DNA of 63,895 nucleotides, the filler included, from Phoronis australis (lineage: Eukaryota > Animalia > Phoronida): the NCBI GenBank assembly GCA_002633005.1. It is 8 parts of 8 records of this genome, joined end to end, with 100 filler letters (N's around TTAATTAATTAA, not from the genome) between each part and the next. Parts side by side here need not be neighbours in the genome. Positions count along the whole stretch, not along the records: positions 15,958 to 41,091 come from NMRA01000916.1; 7 more parts are not named here. One strand, written 5' to 3'. Made by a program: the position numbers and the translations under genes. Below are positions 26,192 through 36,775 of the stretch, piece by piece (within the stretch, counting starts at the first letter, position 1; the number at the start of each line of letters is the position of its first letter). Below the pieces are notes generated by a model. It was given only the letters and a program-made list of their open reading frames with translations, did not search any database and was not told where the DNA came from.

Positions 26192-26317
26192 TCAAGTCGG
26201 TAAATACTGTTGCATAATGTCTGTATGTGATCCTGGTCCCCAGTGTAACAGATGATCTTGAGGGAGGTATAGACAGACACTGGTCAGCTTGAATACTACG
26301 GCTTTGTTGGTTGAACT
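26192..26317 (-). CDS. C6orf62: C6orf62-like protein, terminal coding exon
   Basis: Acceptor gcttttag|AGT; SSTNKAVVFKLTSVCLYLPQDHLLHWGPGSHTDIMQQYLPT*, recognised as similar to the vertebrate C-terminus as I recall it ([41 protein letters not shown]). Confidence 0.8.
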   Translation of the reverse strand, partial: SSTNKAVVFKLTSVCLYLPQDHLLHWGPGSHTDIMQQYLPT

Positions 26318-26606
26318 CTAAAAGCAAAACATGGTACAATGCCAAACATTTTAAGAAGGTAACAAATTAGAATTTTAAGGGATTAATCTTGAGGTGGAAA
26401 ATATAGAAGAGATGACAGTCAAAACACAACTGCACTGAGTAGATATTGTGGAGACACATAAATTTTTCGACCAGTAGAACTATCACACAAGTGTGGAAAA
26501 CTTTTTGTTCAGAGTTGGTAAAAATCAATGAAACTGAACTCAAATAAAATCTTATGGGTGGCAGAGATTTACACAGAATTTCCATATTCGAAGTGTTATT
26601 ACAAAC

Positions 26607-26702
26607 CTTGAGCTGATTTCGATCCACAAACACAAACATGCTCTTAATCAGTAGACGCATCGACTGGTTCTCATATTCCTCGTTGAAGATTTTAAATTCA
26701 GC
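26607..26702 (-). CDS. C6orf62: C6orf62-like protein, penultimate exon (96 nt, phase 0-0)
   Basis: tgtttcag|GCT...AAG|gtttgt; AEFKIFNEEYENQSMRLLIKSMFVFVDRNQLK, similar to the recalled AKFEFHHGDYEKQ...SVFLFIDRQHLQ; splices in frame to the next exon. Upstream exons not confidently located. Confidence 0.75.
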
Positions 26703-26880
26703 CTGAAACATTCAAACGTATGGTCAACACTGTTAGCACACATAAAACATCTAGCATTAAACATGATGCTCACAACTGAATTTAATCTAAATCTCTAATT
26801 AAAATTTGTCAAAAGGACAATGATCAAATCTTTACCATTTTGAACAAAGAGAATAAGTTTTTAACTTCACACAGTAATTT

Positions 26881-28170
26881 ACAAGAGCATTGCTGAGCGT
26901 TGAAATACTACCGCGAATGCATTCCAAACTCGTGTGCTTCTAGGGTGTTTATTTTGATATAAAAATGGCCTCTGGATGGTGCAAAAAACTTTGAATACAT
27001 CAGAGAACATGTAAATGACACTGTTTTTTTAACAGAAAGCTATTTAACACATTGCATGAAAATCTGTCAAGGACCTTTAGAGAAACAGAGCAAAACGGCA
27101 AAAAATGAGATTGCCACTAGGGGGCAAAGCGTTCATTGGATCCGTCTGAAAGTTGTCGTCTTCTGCTGTCAACTTAATGAATACACATGCTCAATTTAAT
27201 AAAGATCCTGCAGAGGGCTTATCAGATACAGCTAAGGGGGCAAAAAACAAAACTACCACTAGGAGGCGACACAGCAATTGAAGTCGGAAAATGATCGTCC
27301 ACCGTCCTCTTCACACTAAGAACTTATAAGCCAGTTTTCACAATCATCCCACGAGCGGTTTGCTTAACAGAGGGCAGATGTTAAAAACAGACAAGAAAAC
27401 AGTAAAAATGACCAATAGATGGCACAAAATACGTTAAATTCGTCTAAAAACAGGAAAATGTTACCATTTTTTAAAACACAGCCATTTTCCAAATTTCATG
27501 AAAATTCGTCGATGGACTTCAGAGAAACCGAGGAAAGCAGAAAAAATGAAATTGCCACTAGGGGGCACAACAGTACTACAATCTGTTAACTTCATAAAAA
27601 TACATTTGCTATATTTAATAAAGATCCTGTAGAGCGTTTAGGAGATACAGCCATTGGCGCAAAACTGCTACTAGGAGGCGCCACAGTAGTCAAAGTCATC
27701 AGAAAACCATCGTCAACCATGCTCTTCATAGTAAAAATATACATGCCAATTTTCACAATCATAGAGTGGTTTGGTTGACAGAGGGATGGACGGCAAAAAA
27801 CGGACTCAGTAATAGTAAAAATGGCCACTAGATGACGCAAAATGCCTCAAATCCATTTAAAAACAGGAGGGTTGCATCACCTCATTAACACATGCCTATG
27901 AGCCAAGTTTCCTGAAAATCGGTTGAGGACCCTTGAAGATACAGAGGCAAACGTAAAAAAACTAAAATTGCCACTAGGGGGCACAACGGTATTTGAGTCG
28001 GTCCGCAACTCGTTGCCCTTTGTCGTCAACACCATGGGAACACATCTGCAAAATTTCAATACAATCTTGCAAGGGGTTAAGGAGATACAGCTGCGGACGC
28101 TGGACGCCTGGAAGCCCAGACAGAGATGACGGCAATATGCACCCACATATAAATATGTGGGTGCATAATA
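26881..28170 (-). mobile_element. Non-autonomous Helentron (HINE/DINE-1-like) family 1 with internal ~145-bp satellite array
   Basis: ACAAGAG plus small hairpin at one end; GGACG/CAGA repeats plus palindrome ATGCACCCACATAT-AA-ATATGTGGGTGCAT at the other; seven CCACTAG-type monomers; no TSD seen. Confidence 0.85.
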
Positions 28171-29019
28171 AGCATCAAAATTCATCAAGATACAGACATG
28201 TCATGTCTTTCATAACGACTTTAAATCCACAGCTTAACCATAATTCAGAGCTACCATCTCGACAAAACCCCCTGGGCATCAAGTGACCAGTGACAGACAT
28301 CAGCTGTTAACAGAAAATCTATGCATGTCAAGCCAAGGAAGAGGTCTTCTTAATGAGCTTGTCAGCACCCTGGAGTACCCTGCTCAGTGAAATAGTTAAC
28401 AAAAGTCCTCCATTAAATAATGTCTATCTGTGTACTGAATGCTTTACAAGAGAAATGACGAGTGGCCATTCTTTTTTTTAATTTCTCAGCTTTCACGTTT
28501 GGGGAAATGGCATTACATTTTCTCTTGCCTTCCTATGACTCAGACAAACGCCACAGTTAGGTGTAATGAATGCAACAGGTCTGAACCAAGCTTTTTTCAA
28601 GTCAGTCTCTTCAATTTGAGACACTTAATCTTTGCACTTAGGTTGCTTAGGCTTTAGTTAGAAAATTGTCCACCTTTGGAAAAAGATTAAAAACCTTTGG
28701 TTCAAGGCGTATTACGCAAAATCTAACATTCTCATTTTTTTCGAAACAAAGTGTCATTTGTTTCAAAAGATTATAAACACCACTCCCCTTTCTAGGAAAG
28801 CAATTATAAGTACCACTGGCACAGAGATTTTCTTTTTTTCTCTAGGTCCTAGACATTTGTCCTCAAGTGTCAAAATCTGTGAGGACATTTTGAAAATCAA
28901 ACAAAAAAATTTTGCCATTGGAATATGGCGATGAAACTTTTACCCAAATTTATCAGCGATGGGGAAAACGAACCACTTCCAAACGGGAGTGGTTCTTTGC
29001 TTTGAATCGTCAAGTTCAN

Positions 29020-30432
29020 GGACAATGATCAAATCTTTACCATTTTGAACAAAGAGAATAAGTTTTTAACTTCACACAGTAATTTACAAGAGCATCGCAG
29101 AGCGTTGAAATGCTACCACGAATGCATTCCAAACCCGTGTGCTTCTAGGGTGTTTATTTTGATATAAAAATGGCCTCTCGATGGTGCAAAAAACTTTGAA
29201 TACATCAGAGAACATGTAAATGACAATGTTTTTTTAACAGAAAGCTATTTAACACATTGCATGAAAATCTGTCAAGGACCTTTAGAGAAACAGAGCAAAA
29301 CGGAAAAAAATGAGATTGCCACTAGGGGGCAAAGCGTTCATTGGATCCGTCTGAAAGTTGTCGTCTTCTGCTGTCAACTTAATGAATACACATGCTAAAT
29401 TTAATAAAGATCCTGCAGAGGGCTTATCAGATACAGCTAAGGGGGCAAAAAACAAAACTACAACTAGGAGGCGACACAGCAATTGAAGTCGGAAAATGAT
29501 CGTCAACCGTCCTCTTCACACTAAGAACTTATAAGCAGTTTTCACAATTATCCCACGAGCGGTTTGCTTAACAGAGGGCAGATGTTAAAAACAGACAAGA
29601 AAACAGTAAAAATGACCAATAGATGGCACAAAATACGTTAAATTCGTCTAAAAACAGGAAAATGTTACCATTTCTTTAAAACACAACCATTTTCCAAATT
29701 TCATGAAAATTCGTCGATGGACTTCAGAGAAACAGAGGAAAGCAGAAAAAATGAAATTGCCACTAGGGGGCACAACAGTACTACAATCTGTTAACTTCAT
29801 AAAAATACATTTGCTACAATAAAGATCCTGTAGAGCGTTTAGGAGATACAGCCATTGGCGCAAAACTGCTACTAGGAGGCGCCACAGTAGTCAAAGTCAT
29901 CAGAAAATCATCGTCAACCGTGCTCTTCATAGTAAAAATATACATGCCAATTTTCACAATCATAGAGTGGTTTGGTTGACAGAGGGATGGACGGCAAAAA
30001 ACGGACTCAGTAATGGTAAAAATGGCCACTAGATGACGCAAAATGCCTCAAATCCATTTAAAAACAGGAGGGTTGCATCAACTCATTAACACATGCCTAT
30101 GAGCCAAGTTTCCTGAAAATCGGTTGAGGACCCTTGAAGATACAGAGGCAAACGTAAAAAAACTAAAATTGCCACTAGGGGGCACAACGGTATTTGAGTC
30201 GGTCCGCAACTCGTTGCCCTTTGTCGTCAACACCATGGGAACACATCTGCAAAATTTCAATACAATCTTGCAAGGGGTTAAGGAGATACAGCTGCGGACG
30301 CTGGACGCCTGGAAGCCCAGACAGAGATGACGGCAATATGCACCCACATATAAATATGTGGGTGCATAATAAGCATCAAAATTCATCAAGATACAGACAT
30401 GTCATGTCTTTCATAACGACTTTAAATCCACA
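29020..30432 (+). other. Near-identical duplicate of 26815-28231 (includes HINE copy 29086-30371); probable alternative haplotype
   Basis: Bounded by single Ns (29019, 30433); includes unique flank on both sides of the element; differs only by scattered SNPs and small indels. Confidence 0.8.
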
Positions 30433-30433
30433 N

Positions 30434-30891
30434 TTTTAATTATGTTTAGTCTGCTTTTCGGTGTCCATGTCTCTAACAGAGAGAGCACTCTAAGAATTGT
30501 TACGAAAATTAGTAAATGTGTTCCTAATGGGAAGAACATTGTTGACGATTTTTGGACAGTTTGACTACTGGGGCATCCTCTAGTGGCAGTTCGCTTTTTC
30601 TGCATTTGTTTCTCCCTGTTGGATCTTTGTGAAATTTGGCAAGTCTATTTCTATGAACGTGACAGAAGGCGACGTTTCTGACAACCACACTGGGCTCCCA
30701 GTCCTAAATTTATTTTCAGGGGCATGTCAAGTGTGCATTGCTGACTTGCTATGCGCCCCCTAGAGGCTATTTTATGTGGACTAGCATTGCTCCATGTAGT
30801 GAGAATGTTTCAAATAGTATTCATCCCTTGTATCTTCGCTATGTGCGATGCACACCGTGGGTGCATATCAACGCTCCGCATTGCCCTTGTT
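30434..30891 (+). mobile_element. Partial HINE related to family 1, opposite orientation
   Basis: Ends GTGGGTGCATATCAACGCTCCGCATTGCCCTTGTT (reverse complement of the ACAAG..hairpin..ATGCACCCAC end); contains CCTCTAGTGGCA and GCGCCCCCTAGAGGC motifs. Confidence 0.7.
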
Positions 30892-32977
30892 GAAAACTGT
30901 TCATACATTCATTTTAAATTATGAAGTAGGAATATGTGCTTATGGATATTTTTGATGCAATTGTTTTGACAGATGTCACTCTTGCAATGCCACTGAAATT
31001 ATTGGTGGCTGAATATCGACGATTGTTGGAAAACTCAAAAGTTGCCGGTAGTATTTTATGGGAATAATTTTGCACAAGGGCTTGAAAATTTTCAGTTGTA
31101 TTCATTAAAATTTAAAGTTAGCACTTCATACCATGTTTGTACTTTAGAGAAGCATGCTACTTAAATCGAAATCAGTGCCCGGTCTCTAATCTGTGTACCA
31201 GTGACAGAAACCTAGATTGGAGTTTCAATCATTTGAGTGGTTATCTTTCATTTAACATTTCAAACGGACATATTTTGGTGAACTGCAGTCCACAGGAGTA
31301 CTGTTTTTGAAAGAGATTGAAAGTAAATTGATTAGTAACGCAATCCCTCTTCCTCTCCTCCGTGATGACGTTATTTGGCGGTTCTTGATGAGAAGGAGTG
31401 TGTAACGTATTTTACATTACCAAATACTGTAGCCTTGTAAATACAGTTTATTTATACACTGGTAATAGAATTAATAAACCTTAAAACAGTGCCCGTGTTG
31501 TATTGTTTTAATTAAGAACATTGTAAAAGTTACTTTTAAAATGGCTGTAGAAAAACTGAATAAAGATGAATCGTGCAGGTCTGTTCTAGCGAACGGATTT
31601 TGTAACACGCAGTTTTATGAAGTCATGGCGGGCGGTTTGTTAGGTCTCGGTTATGAAACGCTTATGACTGGCTGTTCATACTGTAAAACCTTTTGTGGAA
31701 ACGGAATGTTAGTGGTTCACTAAAACGGGCATTTTTCCGGAAGACATATTGATTGATTCAAAACACGTAGAAAAATTCGTTTCTTTAAAAAACATCGATT
31801 TGGTTCGTGTTCAGTGGTGTGAAACCCTTTGTTTTTATTGTTTTTATTTACGGTGAAATAATGGTATCAACATTGGCAATTTCAAGTACACATCCTGCAC
31901 AAACAGCAGTGGCCGAAGGGGTGGGTGGAAAATGGTGTCACTCGGGGATTTGTCCCCGCCCAAGGAAACTTGTGCTTACACGTTGATGGTGTCAATATTT
32001 TATCACGGTGACTGAGAGCTCGATCGTGTTTCGAGATTCCACCAGACAGTCGCAGATGCTTGTCTGAGCGCGCGGTTGTGGCAATCGGTATATACGTAGT
32101 AAAATGACCAGCGTTTACCGAGTCGTATCCTTGAACCGATAGTCGCCTTACGCGGACGTCACGATAGCCTACACTTTTGCAATTTGTTGGATTGTCGACT
32201 AGCATCGTCTCGTGATTGTCCGTCATCACTGAAGACGGTAGGCGATATGTTACAAGGTTACTGATTGAGTTGAGAGTGCCTGCACTTTCGAGTATAGATG
32301 TGAATTATGACGCCTGGTAACTTTTTCATCAAGTGGATACTAGCAAGATTACCGGGGAACGGGTAATATTGGTAGGTTCACACGGGGGTGGGATTGAAGT
32401 TGTACTCATGAAAAGGGTTTCTGATTCACTCATAGCACAACGGATCAGTCGTATTAAGAGAACAGACGATAATCCAAATGGCTGTGTATCCATAAATAAT
32501 AATTTTCTGAAGTTTAAATCCCTACGTGTTAAGCCGACCTGTAATGCTGCGAAAGGAAAGACTATAAAACGTAAACCATTGAACAAATTGGTCCTTCAAA
32601 CTTGAAGCAGTGTGGTTTTAAAAACTCATATTGCCACCGGCCCAACAGTACATTACACACGATATAAACAAGAAATACATACCGCACAAAATTGTAGTTT
32701 CCGTCGGTGCTCCCTGTATATTGAAAATAGTTAACTTGGCTTACTTTGACCAGCCTGAGGAGTTTAGAACCCCTGGCTGAATTGTAGGGGCGAATTTGGG
32801 CCTATACTCAGTTCAGTCCCTTCAGTTATTGAGGAATGACCAGGCGGGAGTGAAAGAACCAACTACCACTCCAGGTAAGACAAAATTCCTCCCTGCCCAG
32901 AACTCACACAATTAGTACCATTCACTCGGACACATTGTTGCAGAAGGGTCACCTCTTCAAAGTTGATTTGCAGTAGC

Positions 32978-33303
32978 TCCGAGCTCAGCAGGACATTTGT
33001 GGAACTTCCCAAGAGGGAACGCCCGGCACAGACTCAGAGATTGCGACTGGGGTGTCGACATCGGCTCTGGTTCAATGATAACCCAATTCTGGCTAATTCC
33101 CCATTCAGAAGCTCGGGTCGAAGGCGGCGCAGGCTGGCTCCGGCATAGCACTTAGGCGGTTCGGNGCTCAGCAGGATATTTGTGGAACTTCCCAGGAGGG
33201 AACGCCCGGCACAGACTCAGAGATTGCGACTGGGGTGGCGACATCGGCTCTGGTTCAATGATAACACAATTCTGGCTAATTCCCCATTCAGAAGCCCGGG
33301 TCG
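32978..33303 (+). repeat. GC-rich tandem duplication, 183-bp period, about 1.8 copies
   Basis: GTGGAACTTCCC at 32999 and 33182; the following ~120 bp are near-identical. Confidence 0.9.
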
Positions 33304-34515
33304 TCGACTTTTCCAGTTTGACCTGAGTGTGAGTCCTAATAGGCCTACAGCTATTTTAATGACTTATCAAAAAATGTTCATTGTATAAAGAATCATAGCA
33401 AAAACCTAAAGCAGTTATATGAACCACGTTTGCGTGTCGAAAATAACTTTATTCCCAGACGTATACGCTTCCAAAACTGTTTTCTTGTCATAACAGGTCA
33501 GAAGTGAAATTGGTTTCTAACGTGTCAAAACCTTGAATTTTCGGTTTCAGAGCAGAAATCGATTCGTGCTGCGACTTGAAACTCAAAGCTGAGATTTTTA
33601 TGAAGCCATAACAAACTGTCAGTTAAATTGTTTCGATTCATGTTTATCAATGAAGGATGTGAACGTAAGCATGGTAACATGCTTAGAGCGAATCGAGTAA
33701 AATTAAAGCAGCGATTTAGTTGATGTATTCTTCACGAGAATTTTGAAAAGTTATCTTGCATTTCCGAAATCATACAGCTTCAGTTTGTTATAGTTATGGC
33801 TGAGACGTACCCGATCAAAGATGTGTAGAGTCGAAGGAATGTGGATCATGCCAAGGGTACCGGACTGAAACAAACTTGCTCCTTGTACTGGTATTCCTCG
33901 GATGCCGCAGGCCTATGGGGAGGAGAGGGTAGTCAACTTCAATTATGGAAAGAAAACTGTCCGCGTAGCACCTAAAAACCTCATGCAGGGAGCGTTTTTG
34001 GTCGTGTATGGAAGCTCCCTCGAGCTCCCTCACTAAGCCACCTATTATGTTGATCTTCAATTCTCGCTACGGCTAACGGTAGAAACAAGCCTTCCACGAC
34101 AGAAATCACACACCGTTATGAAATTAGTCTCCCAAAATTCAATTTCGAGTTCGACTTGGAGTCAAAAAGAATAGACTCCTGGCCAGGTTTTCCAAGCCCA
34201 AAATCAGCAAACTTAAATCTGTTGAGTGCCACTCATACTATTGGGCTTTCAAAAGTTAGGCTGCGGCCGCGGCCAATTCGGATTGCCAAAATATTAAAGT
34301 CTACGGATAGGCCAGGATTGGGGGCATTCAATTTAGGTAGGTATTACATGTACATGTACATGCAGTGTAAGTGAATGTGATTTATTAATTTGTGTTTGTG
34401 AACATGCTGAGAATGAAAAATACCACTTGGTCGGCAGTAGCTGCAGTTCTCTTCAAGATTGCTCCTCCCTGCTGCATTTGAACAAGCCAAATTTGCAAAA
34501 AAAACTAAGTGGTTG

Positions 34516-35915
34516 CAGTGGCGGATCTAGGATATCACAAGGGGGGGCAACATTTTGTCCGGTTGGAAGCATTTGCGCAAACTGAACCACGAATGTAGAT
34601 GCGCATAGCACCGAATGGGGGGAGGTCGGGAGGAGGGCAAACCCCCCTCCCGCCCAGGAAATTTTTCTGTTTTTACCTCTAAAAATCAAGCATTTTCCTT
34701 GATTCCTGAAGTATTATCCAAGAAAAAAAGGCAAAAAAACAACACGGAGAACGTGTCAAACAGGAAAGAAAATGCAAGTATCAAAGACTCGAACTCACGA
34801 CCTGGCGGACAGAGCGCGCGTACTTTTCCACTACACCACCACGATTTGACTACAACTTTCATATTAAAAGACTTACTTGTTTATGGGCCAAAGCGTTTGC
34901 GCGCGAAACCTACTTCTTTTTGTAATGCTTATTACACGTTTTATATTTTGTGCCATCAATTCTTAACAAATTTGTCGTATTTAAAATAGTCTTCAAATGC
35001 CCAAAAGACCAAATCCATTTTTCGTGTTGGCAATAATGAAGGGATTGCTTTGGAAACCGTCTTAAGATAAGGTTTGACAAAGAGANNNNNNNNNNNNNNN
35101 NNNNNNNNNNNNNNNNNNNNNNNNNNNNNNNNNNNNNNNNNNNNNNNNNNNNNNNNNNNNNNNNNNNNNNNNNNNNNNNNNNNNNNNNNNNNNNNNNNNN
35201 NNNNNNNNNNNNNNNNNNNNNNNNNNNNNNNNNNNNNNNNNNNNNNNNNNNNNNNNNNNNNNNNNNNNNNNNNNNNNNNNNNNNNNNNNNNNNNNNNNNN
35301 NNNNNNNNNNNNNNNNNNNNNNNNNNNNNNNNNNNNNNNNNNNNNNNNNNNNNNNNNNNNNNNNNNNNNNNNNNNNNNNNNNNNNNNNNNNNNNNNNNNN
35401 NNNNNNNNNNNNNNNNNNNNNNNNNNNNNNNNNNNNNNNNNNNNNNNNNNNNNNNNNNNNNNNNNNNNNNNNNNNNNNNNNNNNNNNNNNNNNNNNNNNN
35501 NNNNNNNNNNNNNNNNNNNNNNNNNNNNNNNNNNNNNNNNNNNNNNNNNNNNNNNNNNNNNNNNNNNNNNNNNNNNNNNNNNNNNNNNNNNNNNNNNNNN
35601 NNNNNNNNNNNNNNNNNNNNNNNNNNNNNNNNNNNNNNNNNNNNNNNNNNNNNNNNNNNNNNNNNNNNNNNNNNNNNNNNNNNNNNNNNNNNNNNNNNNN
35701 NNNNNNNNNNNNNNNNNNNNNNNNNNNNNNNNNNNNNNNNNNNNNNNNNNNNNNNNNNNNNNNNNNNNNNNNNNNNNNNNNNNNNNNNNNNNNNNNNNNN
35801 NNNNNNNNNNNNNNNNNNNNNNNNNNNNNNNNNNNNNNNNNNNNNNNNNNNNNNNNNNNNNNNNNNNNNNNNNNNNNNNNNNNNNNNNNNNNCCCCCCCC
35901 CCAAATCCGCCTATG
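34516..35915 (-). mobile_element. hAT-like MITE family, copy 5 (spans N gap 35086-35892)
   Basis: CAGTGGCGGATCTAGG...AAATCCGCCTATG; 5-bp TSD GGTTG. Confidence 0.85.
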
Positions 35916-36585
35916 GGTTGACAGTACTTTTGGACCACATCTTTGAAATTGGTATGAAATTTGCTTTCAGAATCTAATGTTGGCTTCAGTCGAGCATCGG
36001 CAGGGAAGTGGTGGTTTTGGGGTGAAAAGTGCAAATTTTGGGGGCGGTTTGTCCCTTTTTCTTAGGTTACCTAATTGCTTTTCAGTCAGCAGGAGTGAAA
36101 GCCGGAGTCAAATTCTGTGCTCGTCTTGAAGCTCGTGATGTGAAATTACTCGGATCTTTTGCATACAGCGACAGAGTGAAGAAAGGTTGACGGGTCCATT
36201 GACGTGTGTTCTGATTGGCAAACCTGTGAGAACTGTTCTGTGACGGTCCCCTTGTGTCTGTAATTACGTCATCAGTACCCGGAAGTAAGCCTTGGAAGCA
36301 ATGGCGGTGGTCAAGGAGAGCACGCACAATCCGAGATATCGCGAGTTGCTAGTTGCAGACGATCGGCTAAATCAAGACTACGTATTGTAATTTATCGGAG
36401 GCACAGACCTCTACTGTTTTTGGATTCGGTGATTTTGCAGTGATCGAGTTTTGAAGGTCCAAGTTTAAATTCTTTAAAGCGCGTGAGAAGTTAATTAATT
36501 CAGTTGTGAGCTAAACACAATTTAACAGGTCCCATTGGCTATGCAAGAAGGATCAGAAAGGCGGTCTAGACTTTAAAACAGCACA

Positions 36586-36775
36586 ATGAACAGAGACGAT
36601 GGCGCTCACAGTTCGACTCAGCCCAGTGTACAACCCTGTATTACGCCCAGCGACACCGAGCGGCAAGACATCACACTGATGAAGGCTTCAGCCAATCTGA
36701 GAAGCCGAAAATTTGCCGTAGCTGTTTTTTCAATTTATCTGTGGAGGCACTAAAAGCACCAAATGTATTAACTGA
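36586..36775 (+). mobile_element. Penelope-like retroelement 3' remnant
   Basis: ATGAACAGAGACGATGGC = MNRDDG followed, with a frameshift, by LSPVYNPVL: the typical end of the PLE GIY-YIG domain, then a hammerhead-like core. Confidence 0.65.
36660..36720 (+). ncRNA. Minimal hammerhead-ribozyme-like motif (possibly degenerate)
   Basis: CTGATGA (36676-36682), A, stem II GGCTTC/GAAGCC, GAAA (36707-36710), palindromic AAATTT; stem I and the cleavage triplet are non-canonical. Confidence 0.5.

Noticed and set aside
26815-30432. Apparent tandem duplication of a Helentron plus flanks
   Set aside because: The second copy is bounded by single Ns and is near-identical, so most likely an uncollapsed allele.
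34910-36034. Long ORFs in the track (also around 52.5-53.0, 57.5-58.5 and 60.9-62.0 kb)
   Set aside because: They run through N gaps and are artefacts.
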